Origin: Nevskia sp.
GTDB taxonomy: Bacteria > Pseudomonadota > Gammaproteobacteria > Nevskiales > Nevskiaceae
Length of the DNA: 64,000 bases
Assembly: GCF_023266035.1 (NCBI RefSeq)
Contig: NZ_JAHFRY010000005.1
Coordinates: 249-64,248 of the forward strand
Reading direction: 5' to 3'
A model generated the notes under the pieces. The model did not search any database. It worked only from the letters and a program-made list of their open reading frames with translations, and had not been told where the DNA came from. Positions within the stretch are counted from its first letter, which is position 1, and each line of letters starts with the position of its first letter. Made by a program: the position numbers and the translations under genes. Shown piece by piece: positions 40,115-50,656 of this stretch.

Positions 40115-40148
40115 TCAGACGCTTCAGCAGACGCCGTAAGCTTCCCCC

Positions 40149-40967
40149 ATGCCCGAACTCCCCGAAGTAGAAACCGTCCGCCGCGGCGTCGAGCCGTATG
40201 TCGTCGGCCGCCGCATCACCGAGGTCGTGGTTCGCGAGCCGCGGATGCGTTGGCCGGTGCCGGCGGATTTCGCGGTGTATGCGCTGGGGCAGCGGATCGA
40301 GGGCGTCACGCGGCGCGGCAAGTATCTGGTGTTCGCACTCGTTGGCGGTGACCGGATCATCGTCCACCTGGGCATGACCGGCCGGGTGCTGGTGCTCGAA
40401 ACGGGCCATCCGTTGAAGAAGCACGACCACGTCGATCTGGTGCTAGATGACGGCCGGCTGCTGCGCTATCACGATCCGCGCCGCTTCGGTGCCGTGCTGC
40501 CCTGGCCGAAAGCCGAGATTGGCCATGTGCTGATCGATACCCTGGGTCCCGAGCCGTTCTCGGAAGCCTTCAGCGGCGACTACCTGTACCAGCGTTCGCG
40601 CGGCAAGAAGGTAGCGGTGAAAAGCTTCGTCATGGACGGCCAGGTGGTGGTTGGTGCCGGCAACATCTATGCGGCGGAATCGTTGTTCCGGGCCGGCATG
40701 CGCCCGACGCGCGCCGCCGGCCGGGTCACCCGTGCCGAGTACGCACGCCTAGCCGCCGAAATTCGCGCGGTGCTGAGCGAAGCGATCCTTCAGGGTGGCA
40801 CGACGCTGCGCGACTTCGCCGGTGCCGATGGTGCCTCCGGCTACTTCCAGCAGGACCTGTACGTCTACGGCCGCGAGGGTCTCGCTTGCCGGAAGTGCGG
40901 CACCACGATCAAGGGACTGCGGCTGGGCAACCGGGCGAGTTGCTGGTGCCCGGGTTGCCAGCGCTGA
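40149..40967 (+). CDS. mutM: Formamidopyrimidine-DNA glycosylase
   Basis: N-terminal MPELPEVETVRRG and a C-terminal zinc finger CRKCGTTI...CWCPGCQ. Confidence 0.95.
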   Translation: MPELPEVETVRRGVEPYVVGRRITEVVVREPRMRWPVPADFAVYALGQRIEGVTRRGKYLVFALVGGDRIIVHLGMTGRVLVLETGHPLKKHDHVDLVLDDGRLLRYHDPRRFGAVLPWPKAEIGHVLIDTLGPEPFSEAFSGDYLYQRSRGKKVAVKSFVMDGQVVVGAGNIYAAESLFRAGMRPTRAAGRVTRAEYARLAAEIRAVLSEAILQGGTTLRDFAGADGASGYFQQDLYVYGREGLACRKCGTTIKGLRLGNRASCWCPGCQR

Positions 40968-40976
40968 GCATCGGCT

Positions 40977-43766
40977 CTACTTGGTGACCTGCCGCTTGGC
41001 CTGTTTGACTGCCCAGGCGTCGATTTCCGCGAACGAGGTTGGTCGCAGGCGCGCCGGCACGAAATGGGGGTCGTCGTCGGCAATGCTGACCGCGGCGAAC
41101 ACCTGGCTGCCGATCACTTCGCCGAGCTTGCGATAGCTCTCCCACTGCGCCTCGTCGAAGAACTGGTCGGCGGTGGTCTGCTGCGGAAAGCTGTCGTTGC
41201 GGGCGTGGTACTCGCGGACATCGGTCGGGTCGCCGGCGGTCATCGTCGGCTTGATGTAGACAATCAGCGAGCGGCAGGTCGGATCGTCGTCGTAGCGGAC
41301 TTCGGCGAGTACGGCACGGGTCTTCGAAAACTTGTCTGGCGGTTGCGGGCGTAGCTCGTCCAAGTTGCCGAACAGTGGCCGAATGGACTTGTTCACCAGT
41401 GTGTCGAGCGCCGAGTCATCGAGCACCTCGATGGTGGCGCCGAAATCCATTCGTGCCTTGCGGACCAGGTTTGCGAGGCCTTCGAAGCGATAGTCCGGAT
41501 CGGCCTCGGCATCGATGATGACGATCAGCGGCAGCCGGCGGCGGATCAATTCGTAGGCGGCCATGTTCTCGAAGTGGCCGCCGTCGGACAGATACCAGTG
41601 GCGGCGCTCCGGGCCGCGAAAACTGGCAGTGATCTCGTCGATCAGATGACCCTGCACCGGCAGCAGCAGATTGAACAGGCCGTTGATGTCGAGCTTCCGC
41701 TTCATCTTCCGGCCGCTGTCCCACCAGTAGCCGAGACGGACGTTGGCGAACGCGAACAGCAGGCTCATGCCGAGTGCGGTGTTGCTGCCGAGCCCGGTCG
41801 AGAACGCGGCGCCGGAAATGCCGATCCACTGCCCGAGCGACATGCGCTCCGGCGTGACCGGTGCCTGCGGTTCGCAGGGGCTGGCGAACATCGAATAGGC
41901 GTTCGGGGTTTGCCGCAATGGCGAAAGATTCGCGACCCAGTGGGGGTGTGCGGCGGCGGCATCCACGGTCTGCAAATGGACTGCGTGATGCTGGGCGCCG
42001 GCCGACAGTCCGAACGGCCCCACTGCCATGCCGATGCCCTTGCGATCGCGCAGCACGGTCTTGCCGTCGGTGCTGGAGGTTTCGTTGACGGTGACGTTGA
42101 TCAGGTGCAGCGGCCCGCCGTTGGCGAGCAGCCCCTTGGTGTAGGCCGGGATGCTGCTGTCGTCATCGATCAGCGGCTCGGTGACCGACGACGGCATGCC
42201 GGCTTCGAAACGTTCCGGGTTCGAAGCGCCGAGGTAGGCGCGGGTCAGCCGTGCGGCATACAGGGCCGAGTGCGCGGAGCGGTTCAGGAAGGTCCAGGTG
42301 TGGCTGAACATCAGCGTGAACGTGGCCAGCGTGGCGAGGCCGATCAAGGTCGGCAGCCAGTCGCGCGCGGTTCCGACTGTGATCGGCTCGAAGCCGTGGC
42401 CGATTGCCTGCGCGAGCCAGGACAGCGCGATCAGCAAGATCGCCCAGGCGGCGATGGCCACCACGGTGACGACGGCGTTGATCGGTAGTCGCCACGCCGA
42501 TTTGCTGCCGCCGACCGAGGTCAGCAGGCTGCGCAGGCTGCCGAAGCGCGTGGCGATCGGCGCCAGCGCGGCGATCACGGCGGCGATCCAGCCGAACGGA
42601 AAACCGCCTTCGGTGTGGCTGCTGCGATACAGGCTCAGGCCCAGCGTATCGAGCACCGCGATGACCGCGACCACCGCTGTCCATTTGAGTGCGCGAGCCA
42701 GCGATGCCGTGACCGCGCTGCGGGCACTGGCGAGCTGGAACAATGCTTCCGGCGTGATCTGCTCCAGGTTCTCGCTTTCTGTGCTGCCGTGGCCATCCTG
42801 GCAGCGGGAGGCGCGCCATTCGGCAATCACGGTCAGCAGCGCGATCGCCAGCAGGGTGACCACCGCCGTGAAGAAAGCCCGCGCGTTGCCGCCGATCACG
42901 TCCGGCCGGAACAGCCCGAACAGCAGGCCGGCGACGCCGATCACGAGCACGATCAGCAGTCCCCAGAACGGATGGAAGGCGTTCCGCTGGCGGCGTTCGA
43001 TCAGCCAGTAAGCCCAGCCGGGCGGGATCACCAGCAACGCCAGCATCAGCGGCAGCAGATCGAAATAAGGGCTGGGATCGAGCAGCGACAGCTTGTTTTG
43101 CAGCCAGACGCCGAGGCCCGGCAGCAAGGCCAGCAGCGGCTGGATGGTGGCGCATCGTTCGAGCGCGATCACCGGCAATTGCAGCAGCAACAGGGCCAGC
43201 AGCAAGCTGCTGGCGAACACCAGATGCAGCGCCACCGCGTTGCGAATCGCGATCGCGCCCGCACTGAGCAGATCGCCACCGCCGTTCGGCGCCATGTAGC
43301 GGCCGTTGAGGCGCAGCCAGCGCACCGGATTGACGGTGACCGGCGGTTTCTTGTCTTGCCGCTCCACCTTCAACGTGCCCTGCGATGGATCGAGCAGAGT
43401 TTCCACCGCACCCGGGCTTGCGTAGTCGCGGGCGTACAAGCGGCCGAGAAAGCTGCCGAAGTAACCGCCGCCGGAGACCGTCGACAGATAGTCGATGCGG
43501 CGGATCAGCTGCAGCTTGGCCAGCGCCTGAAACATGCCGAGGCAGAACGTTGCCGAACGGATGCCGCCGCCGGACAGTGCGAAACCGACGCTGGGCGCAG
43601 ACGGTTCGATCTTCTGCGCGTCAGTCCCGCTTGCGTTGACCTTGGTACGGCGCTGGATCTGGCGCGTCTGCTCCAGTTCGCGCAGCGCCTGCGGATAAAC
43701 CCGCTGCCAGTCCGCGCTGGGTTTCTTGCTTTCTGCTTGTTGGGCTTTTTGGTCTTGATCGAGCAT
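40977..43766 (-). CDS. Patatin-like phospholipase with a large polytopic membrane insertion
   Basis: 929 aa. Oxyanion motif SGGGIRS (residues 65-71), nucleophile TVSGGG (Ser98) and LSDGGHFENM (Asp728). Many hydrophobic helices lie between about residues 165 and 500. Confidence 0.8.
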   Translation of the reverse strand: MLDQDQKAQQAESKKPSADWQRVYPQALRELEQTRQIQRRTKVNASGTDAQKIEPSAPSVGFALSGGGIRSATFCLGMFQALAKLQLIRRIDYLSTVSGGGYFGSFLGRLYARDYASPGAVETLLDPSQGTLKVERQDKKPPVTVNPVRWLRLNGRYMAPNGGGDLLSAGAIAIRNAVALHLVFASSLLLALLLLQLPVIALERCATIQPLLALLPGLGVWLQNKLSLLDPSPYFDLLPLMLALLVIPPGWAYWLIERRQRNAFHPFWGLLIVLVIGVAGLLFGLFRPDVIGGNARAFFTAVVTLLAIALLTVIAEWRASRCQDGHGSTESENLEQITPEALFQLASARSAVTASLARALKWTAVVAVIAVLDTLGLSLYRSSHTEGGFPFGWIAAVIAALAPIATRFGSLRSLLTSVGGSKSAWRLPINAVVTVVAIAAWAILLIALSWLAQAIGHGFEPITVGTARDWLPTLIGLATLATFTLMFSHTWTFLNRSAHSALYAARLTRAYLGASNPERFEAGMPSSVTEPLIDDDSSIPAYTKGLLANGGPLHLINVTVNETSSTDGKTVLRDRKGIGMAVGPFGLSAGAQHHAVHLQTVDAAAAHPHWVANLSPLRQTPNAYSMFASPCEPQAPVTPERMSLGQWIGISGAAFSTGLGSNTALGMSLLFAFANVRLGYWWDSGRKMKRKLDINGLFNLLLPVQGHLIDEITASFRGPERRHWYLSDGGHFENMAAYELIRRRLPLIVIIDAEADPDYRFEGLANLVRKARMDFGATIEVLDDSALDTLVNKSIRPLFGNLDELRPQPPDKFSKTRAVLAEVRYDDDPTCRSLIVYIKPTMTAGDPTDVREYHARNDSFPQQTTADQFFDEAQWESYRKLGEVIGSQVFAAVSIADDDPHFVPARLRPTSFAEIDAWAVKQAKRQVTK

Positions 43767-43893
43767 GACGTTCCCCTGCCGTGGCGTCAGTGCCGACTTT
43801 GCCTCTAGTCTTCGCGCGCTGCATCGGGATTTCGTGATCCGGTTCGCAGCCGCCGCCGAAATCGCAGCATTGTCGATTGATCAGGAGTTCGAA

Positions 43894-45258
43894 GTGCCCA
43901 TCCCGCAACTCGCCGACACGCTCACCCTTCCCTGCGGCGCCGTGCTGCCCAACCGCCTGTGCAAGAGCGCGATGACCGAGGGCGTGGCCGATGAACATCT
44001 GCGGCCGACTTCGCGTCACGAGTTGCTCTATCGCCAGTGGTCCGAAGGCGGCGCGGGCTTGCTGATCACCGGCAATGTGCAGATCGATCGCCGGGTGCTG
44101 GAGCGGCCGGGCAATGTCGCGATCGACCCGGCGCGGCCGGATGCCGAGACGATGCAGCGGCTCAAGGCCTGGGCGAAGGCCGGCACCGTCGCCGGCAATC
44201 ATCTGTGGATGCAGATCAGCCATGCCGGCCGGCAGTCGCCGATGTACGTGACCATGGAGCCGCTGGCGCCGAGCGCGGTGCAGCTGAAGCTGCTGGCCAA
44301 CTACGCGAAGCCGCGCGCGCTCACCGAGCCTGAGATTCTCGACTTCATTCAGCGCTATGCCAACGTCGCCGCCACTGCGCGTGAAGCGGGCTTCACCGGC
44401 GTGCAGATTCATGGTGCGCACGGTTATCTGCTGTCGTCGTTCCTGTCCGGCGTCACCAACCTGCGCACCGACGCCTGGGGCGGCAGCCTGGAGAACCGGG
44501 CGCGGATGCTGCTGGAAACGATCAAGGCGACGCGCAAGGCGGTCGGTGCGGACTTCCCGATCAGCGTCAAGCTGAACTCGGCGGACTTCCAGAAAGGTGG
44601 CTTCAGCAACGAGGAATGCCTGACGGTGGTCGATTGGCTGAATGCGGCCGGTATCGATCTGCTCGAAGTCTCCGGCGGCAGCTACGAGCAGCCGCGCCTG
44701 CTCGGCTACGAGGGCAAGGCCAAGGATGTGGCTGGCTATCGCGCACCGGATCAGGCCGAAGCGCAGCCGCAGCTCCCCAAACAGCTGGACAGCACGCGCA
44801 AGCGCGAGGCCTATTTCCTCGAGTACGCGGCGGCCATCCGCAAGGTCGCGACCATGCCGATGCTGGTCACCGGTGGTTTCCGCACCCGTGCCGGCATGGA
44901 CGAAGCGCTGGCCAGTGGCGATTGCGATCTGATCGGCCTTGGCCGGCCGCTGTGCGGCGAGCCGGATCTGCCCAAGCGCCTGCTCAGCGGCGCGATCAGC
45001 GAGCTGCCGCGCTACGAGAAGCGCATGCAGCTCGGTCCCGGCATCTTCGCGCCGACCACCAAGGTCCACATGCTGCGGCTGATCAACGTCTTCGGCCAGC
45101 AGGGCTGGTACTACCTGCAGGTGATGCGCCTGGCCGATGGCCTGAAGCCGAACTTCAAGCTTGGCGTGTTCGGCGCATTTGTCGGCTACCTGTTCGACGA
45201 GTACAAGAAAGCCTGGCGCATGCACAGCGCCCGGCGTGCGGCGGCGAAATCCGCCTGA
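43894..45258 (+). CDS. NADH:flavin oxidoreductase (Old Yellow Enzyme family)
   Basis: The GTG 43894 start follows CAGGAG. LPNRLCKSAMTEG and HGAHGYLLSSFLS..N.RTD.WGGSLENR. Confidence 0.85.
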   Translation: MPIPQLADTLTLPCGAVLPNRLCKSAMTEGVADEHLRPTSRHELLYRQWSEGGAGLLITGNVQIDRRVLERPGNVAIDPARPDAETMQRLKAWAKAGTVAGNHLWMQISHAGRQSPMYVTMEPLAPSAVQLKLLANYAKPRALTEPEILDFIQRYANVAATAREAGFTGVQIHGAHGYLLSSFLSGVTNLRTDAWGGSLENRARMLLETIKATRKAVGADFPISVKLNSADFQKGGFSNEECLTVVDWLNAAGIDLLEVSGGSYEQPRLLGYEGKAKDVAGYRAPDQAEAQPQLPKQLDSTRKREAYFLEYAAAIRKVATMPMLVTGGFRTRAGMDEALASGDCDLIGLGRPLCGEPDLPKRLLSGAISELPRYEKRMQLGPGIFAPTTKVHMLRLINVFGQQGWYYLQVMRLADGLKPNFKLGVFGAFVGYLFDEYKKAWRMHSARRAAAKSA

Positions 45259-45284
45259 CCGCTTTCAAGCGAGGAGAGCAGCGA

Positions 45285-45617
45285 ATGAGCAAGACCAGCG
45301 ACGCAGCATCAGCCAATCCACCCACCGCGAGCTTCCGCGAGTTCTATCCGTTCTACCTCGGCGAGCACTCGAACCGCAGCTGCCGACGGCTTCACTTCAT
45401 CGGCACCAGCCTGGTGATCGCGACGGCCGTCTACGCGCTGCTCACCGGCCGTTACACCGCGCTGTGGTTCATGCCGCTGTTCGGCTACGGCTTCGCCTGG
45501 GTCGCCCATTTCTTCATCGAGAAGAACCGTCCGGCGACCTTCAAGGCGCCGTTCTACAGCCTCGCCGGCGACTTCGTGATGTTCAAGGACATGCTGACCG
45601 GGCGCATCCCGTTCTGA
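45285..45617 (+). CDS. DUF962 (Mpo1-like) membrane protein
   Basis: The ATG 45285 start follows GAGGAG. FREFYPFYLGEHSNRSCRRLHFIGTSLVI and two further hydrophobic helices. Confidence 0.7.
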   Translation: MSKTSDAASANPPTASFREFYPFYLGEHSNRSCRRLHFIGTSLVIATAVYALLTGRYTALWFMPLFGYGFAWVAHFFIEKNRPATFKAPFYSLAGDFVMFKDMLTGRIPF

Positions 45618-45682
45618 ACCCGAGCGGACACGGGGCGTAGAATTCGCCCCGCGCAGGGCGCGCAGTTCGTTCGGGTGGTCTC

Positions 45683-47569
<1,887 letters not shown>

Positions 47570-47748
47570 ACCGTGTTGCAGGTCGCAGGCAGTACCGACA
47601 GACGCTAGTAGACTCCGACAGCCACGGAGCAACTGCCGTCGAAACCTCGACCCAAGTCCAGAATCTGGCCCAGAGTTTCAAGCTCGCGCTGCCCGGTGTC
47701 GCCGGCCAGGTCACGCGGCTGAGGCTGATCGATGCGCTGCGTCTGCGG

Positions 47749-50499
47749 ATGCGCAATGCACCGCTGGTCTGGATGGTCGGGCTGCCGGGTGCCGGCAAGA
47801 CTTCGCTGGCGGCGCAAACCCTGTACCAGGCGCAGATCGACGGCGAACAGCCGGTCTGGTATCGGCTCGACGAGGAGGACGTTGATGTCGCCGGCGTCTT
47901 CGATGCCCTGCGCCATTCGGCCGATCCGGAACTGCGTACCCGGCTGCCGGCCTGGTCGCCAGACCATCAACCTGAACTGCGCAGCTTCTCCCGGCGCTTC
48001 TTCGGCACGCTGGCCAGTGCCGGCATGCTCAACATCGTGTTCGACGACTGCCACCGCATCGGCGAAACCGGCCTGTTCTTCGAGATGCTCGATGCTGCGA
48101 GGGAAGTGCTCGGTGACGGCCTGCATCTCTTGCTGATCAGCCGTCGGCCGCCGCCGCCGCAACTGGCGCGCGGCCAGGTCGCCGGCTGGCTGACGGTGTT
48201 CGATGATCTGAAGCTGTCGCTCGACGAGGCCAGCGAGATCGCCCAGAAGGTGGCCGGCCGCGCCTTGAGCCCGGCGCAGACCGAGCGTCTGCAGCAAGCC
48301 CAGGGCTGGATGGCGCACGTCATGGCGCTTTCCCAATCGTCGGAACTCGACGACGTGCCGCCGCCGCCGGGCGCCGCCGCGCTGGTCGGCGACTACCTCG
48401 CCAACGAACTGCTGCTGATGATGCCGGCAGACCAGCGCGCCGCGTTCCGGCGGCTGGCGGAACTGCCGGAAATTCCGCGCCGGCTGCTGATCGCCGGCCG
48501 TGTGGCGCCGCAGACCGGGCGGTTGCTGGACGACCTCGGACGGCGGCGTTACTTCGTCGAATACGGCGCCGCCGCAGCCTGGCGCATGCACGACCTGTTG
48601 CGCGACGGCCTGCGCGCCATCAACAACGCCACCGATACGCCAGCCGAACTGGCTGCCGCCCGGCGCGAGCTGGCGCGATGGATAGCCGCCGAGGCACCGG
48701 AAACGGCGATGAATTTGCTGGTCGCCGCCGGCGATGTCGACGAGGCCGTCACGCTGCTCGCGCATCGCGGTCAGGGCTGGCTGGAGCGCGGCCGGCATCG
48801 CCAGATCCTCGGCTGGATCGCGGCGCTGCTGCCTGACGAAAGCGACGGCGGCAGCGTCCGCGCCAGCCTGCTGTTGTGGCAGGCCGAAGCGCTGCTGCCG
48901 CTGGAACCCGAGCAGGCACGGCCGCTGTTCGCCGAGTGCCGCCTGTTGTTCGCGGCGCAGCGCGATGCCGGCCTGGCCTGCCGCGCCTGGTGCGGCGAGG
49001 TTGGCAGCTATGTCGTGCAATGGGGGGCGGTGCAGGGGCTGGCGGAGCGGGTCGATGTGCTCGAAGCGCTGATCGCCGAACTCGGCGCACCGCCCGGCGA
49101 ATGGGCCTTCCGCACTGCCGCCGATGCGCTGACCGCGCTGATGTACGGCCGCCCCGAAGATCCCCGCCTGCTGCGCTATGCACTGGCCACCAGCCAGGCC
49201 TTGGACCAAGCGCCGGACGCCGACAGCCGCATCGCCGCCGCCGGCCAGCTGTTGATCTACAAGCTCTGGTGGGCCGGCGATTTTCCCGGTGGCCGGGCGC
49301 TGTACAACAGCTTCGACGCGGCGGCCGAAGCCGGTACCGGCCTGTCGTCGCTGGCGCGGTTGATCTGGTGGAGCAATGCCGCGATCGTCGACTGGCAATG
49401 CGGCGATCCGGCCCGCTGCTACGACAAGGTCGATCGCGGCCTGGCGCTGGCCGAGGAAGCCGGCATCCACGTCCGCGATTTCCTCCTGCTGACCCAGGGC
49501 ATCTTCTGCGCGCTGTCGCAGAGCGACTGGCCGCGCGCCGAGCGCTATCTGGATCGGCTGGCGCGCACCGAGCGCACCCACAAGCGGCTCGACGTGATGG
49601 TTCATCACTTCTTCTGCAGCTGGTACTGCCTGTCGCGCGGCGATGCCCGCACGGCACTCGCCCATGCTGAAGCCGCCTTGCCGATGGCCGAGGCAATGGG
49701 TTCGTCGTTCCATCTGGTGATCGTGCTGTCGGCACTGGCCCCGGCGCGCGTGCACTGCGGCGATCTCGACGGCGCCGAATGGGCCTATCGCCAGCAGCTG
49801 GCGCTGGCCAAGGCCGCGAACAATCCGACCTTCAGCTTCATCGCCTTCTGCGCCGGGGCCGAGCTGGCGCTGGCGCGCAAGGACCGGGAAGCCTTGAGCA
49901 AGCAGGTCGAGCGGATACTGACGGTCAAGCAGCTCGGCGGCTTTCACAGCACCTGCGGCTGGCGCACGCCGATGATGGCCGAGGTGCTGTCGCATGCGCT
50001 GGAGCACGGCATCCAACCGGCCGTTGCCCAGCAGTGGATCCGCGAGAAGCGGGTGCCGCCGCCGGGTCGAGCCGTGCCGGGCTGGCCGATGCCGGTGCAG
50101 ATCGCCGCCCTCAACGGCCTCAGCGTACAGGTGTTCGACGGCGAGCCGGAACGGACCAAGCCGCCGATGAAGCTGCGCGAGTTGCTGGCGATCCTGGTCG
50201 CCGAGCGCGATGGTGCCAGTCAGGGTGATCTCGGCGAATGGCTGTGGCCGGAGGCCGATGGCGACCGCGCTGCCGCCGCGCTGAAAACCGCGATCCACCG
50301 GCTGCGGCTCTGGCTCGGTGCCGAAGCCATCACCGTGCGGGACCGCAACGTCAGCCTGAACCCGCTGCAGGTTGGCTGCGATCTCTGGTGCTGGCTCGAT
50401 CGGCCGCAGCTCGATGGTGCGTCGCGCGTGCTGTCCGGCTTCGAGTCGCCACCGGTGCTGGCCTTACGACGGCGCCTGCAGCAGCTGCGAGGCCTTTAG
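47749..50499 (+). CDS. STAND/MalT-like ATPase with TPR-like middle region and C-terminal SARP/OmpR-type winged-helix domain
   Basis: 916 aa from the first ATG. Walker A GLPGAGKTSL, Walker B NIVFDDCH, an Ala/Leu-rich helical repeat region, and a C-terminal KLRELLAILVAERDGASQGDLGEWLWPEADGDRAAAALKTAIHRLRLWLG. The true start may lie upstream (see findings). Confidence 0.75.
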   Translation: MRNAPLVWMVGLPGAGKTSLAAQTLYQAQIDGEQPVWYRLDEEDVDVAGVFDALRHSADPELRTRLPAWSPDHQPELRSFSRRFFGTLASAGMLNIVFDDCHRIGETGLFFEMLDAAREVLGDGLHLLLISRRPPPPQLARGQVAGWLTVFDDLKLSLDEASEIAQKVAGRALSPAQTERLQQAQGWMAHVMALSQSSELDDVPPPPGAAALVGDYLANELLLMMPADQRAAFRRLAELPEIPRRLLIAGRVAPQTGRLLDDLGRRRYFVEYGAAAAWRMHDLLRDGLRAINNATDTPAELAAARRELARWIAAEAPETAMNLLVAAGDVDEAVTLLAHRGQGWLERGRHRQILGWIAALLPDESDGGSVRASLLLWQAEALLPLEPEQARPLFAECRLLFAAQRDAGLACRAWCGEVGSYVVQWGAVQGLAERVDVLEALIAELGAPPGEWAFRTAADALTALMYGRPEDPRLLRYALATSQALDQAPDADSRIAAAGQLLIYKLWWAGDFPGGRALYNSFDAAAEAGTGLSSLARLIWWSNAAIVDWQCGDPARCYDKVDRGLALAEEAGIHVRDFLLLTQGIFCALSQSDWPRAERYLDRLARTERTHKRLDVMVHHFFCSWYCLSRGDARTALAHAEAALPMAEAMGSSFHLVIVLSALAPARVHCGDLDGAEWAYRQQLALAKAANNPTFSFIAFCAGAELALARKDREALSKQVERILTVKQLGGFHSTCGWRTPMMAEVLSHALEHGIQPAVAQQWIREKRVPPPGRAVPGWPMPVQIAALNGLSVQVFDGEPERTKPPMKLRELLAILVAERDGASQGDLGEWLWPEADGDRAAAALKTAIHRLRLWLGAEAITVRDRNVSLNPLQVGCDLWCWLDRPQLDGASRVLSGFESPPVLALRRRLQQLRGL

Positions 50500-50567
50500 C
50501 GTGACGCAGCGCAAGGATTGCGCAGCCACTGGTATGAATTTATCGAAGCAAGGATCGAACGGGCGCT

Positions 50568-50589
50568 GATCCGTTACCGATCCGTTACC
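50568..50589 (+). repeat. Perfect tandem direct repeat 2 x GATCCGTTACC (11-bp period)
   Basis: Read directly. Copies are at 50568-50578 and 50579-50589, in the spacer between the STAND regulator and the DUF3617 gene. Confidence 0.9.
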
Positions 50590-50656
50590 TGCCATCAGCA
50601 ACGCTGCACCGGTCTCGAGCGCCGTCCGGCGTCGACCCTTGCCGCGGAGTCCGCTC

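Noticed and set aside
40977-43766. Patatin-like protein considered as a CBASS-type effector.
   Set aside because: No CD-NTase, SAVED, E1/E2-like or other signalling genes are adjacent. The flanks are mutM and an OYE reductase. It is reported only for its unusual architecture.
47749-50499. STAND ATPase considered as an Avs-type antiviral sensor.
   Set aside because: No nuclease, protease, TIR or Sir2 effector domain is visible. The output domain looks DNA-binding, which fits a transcription regulator better.
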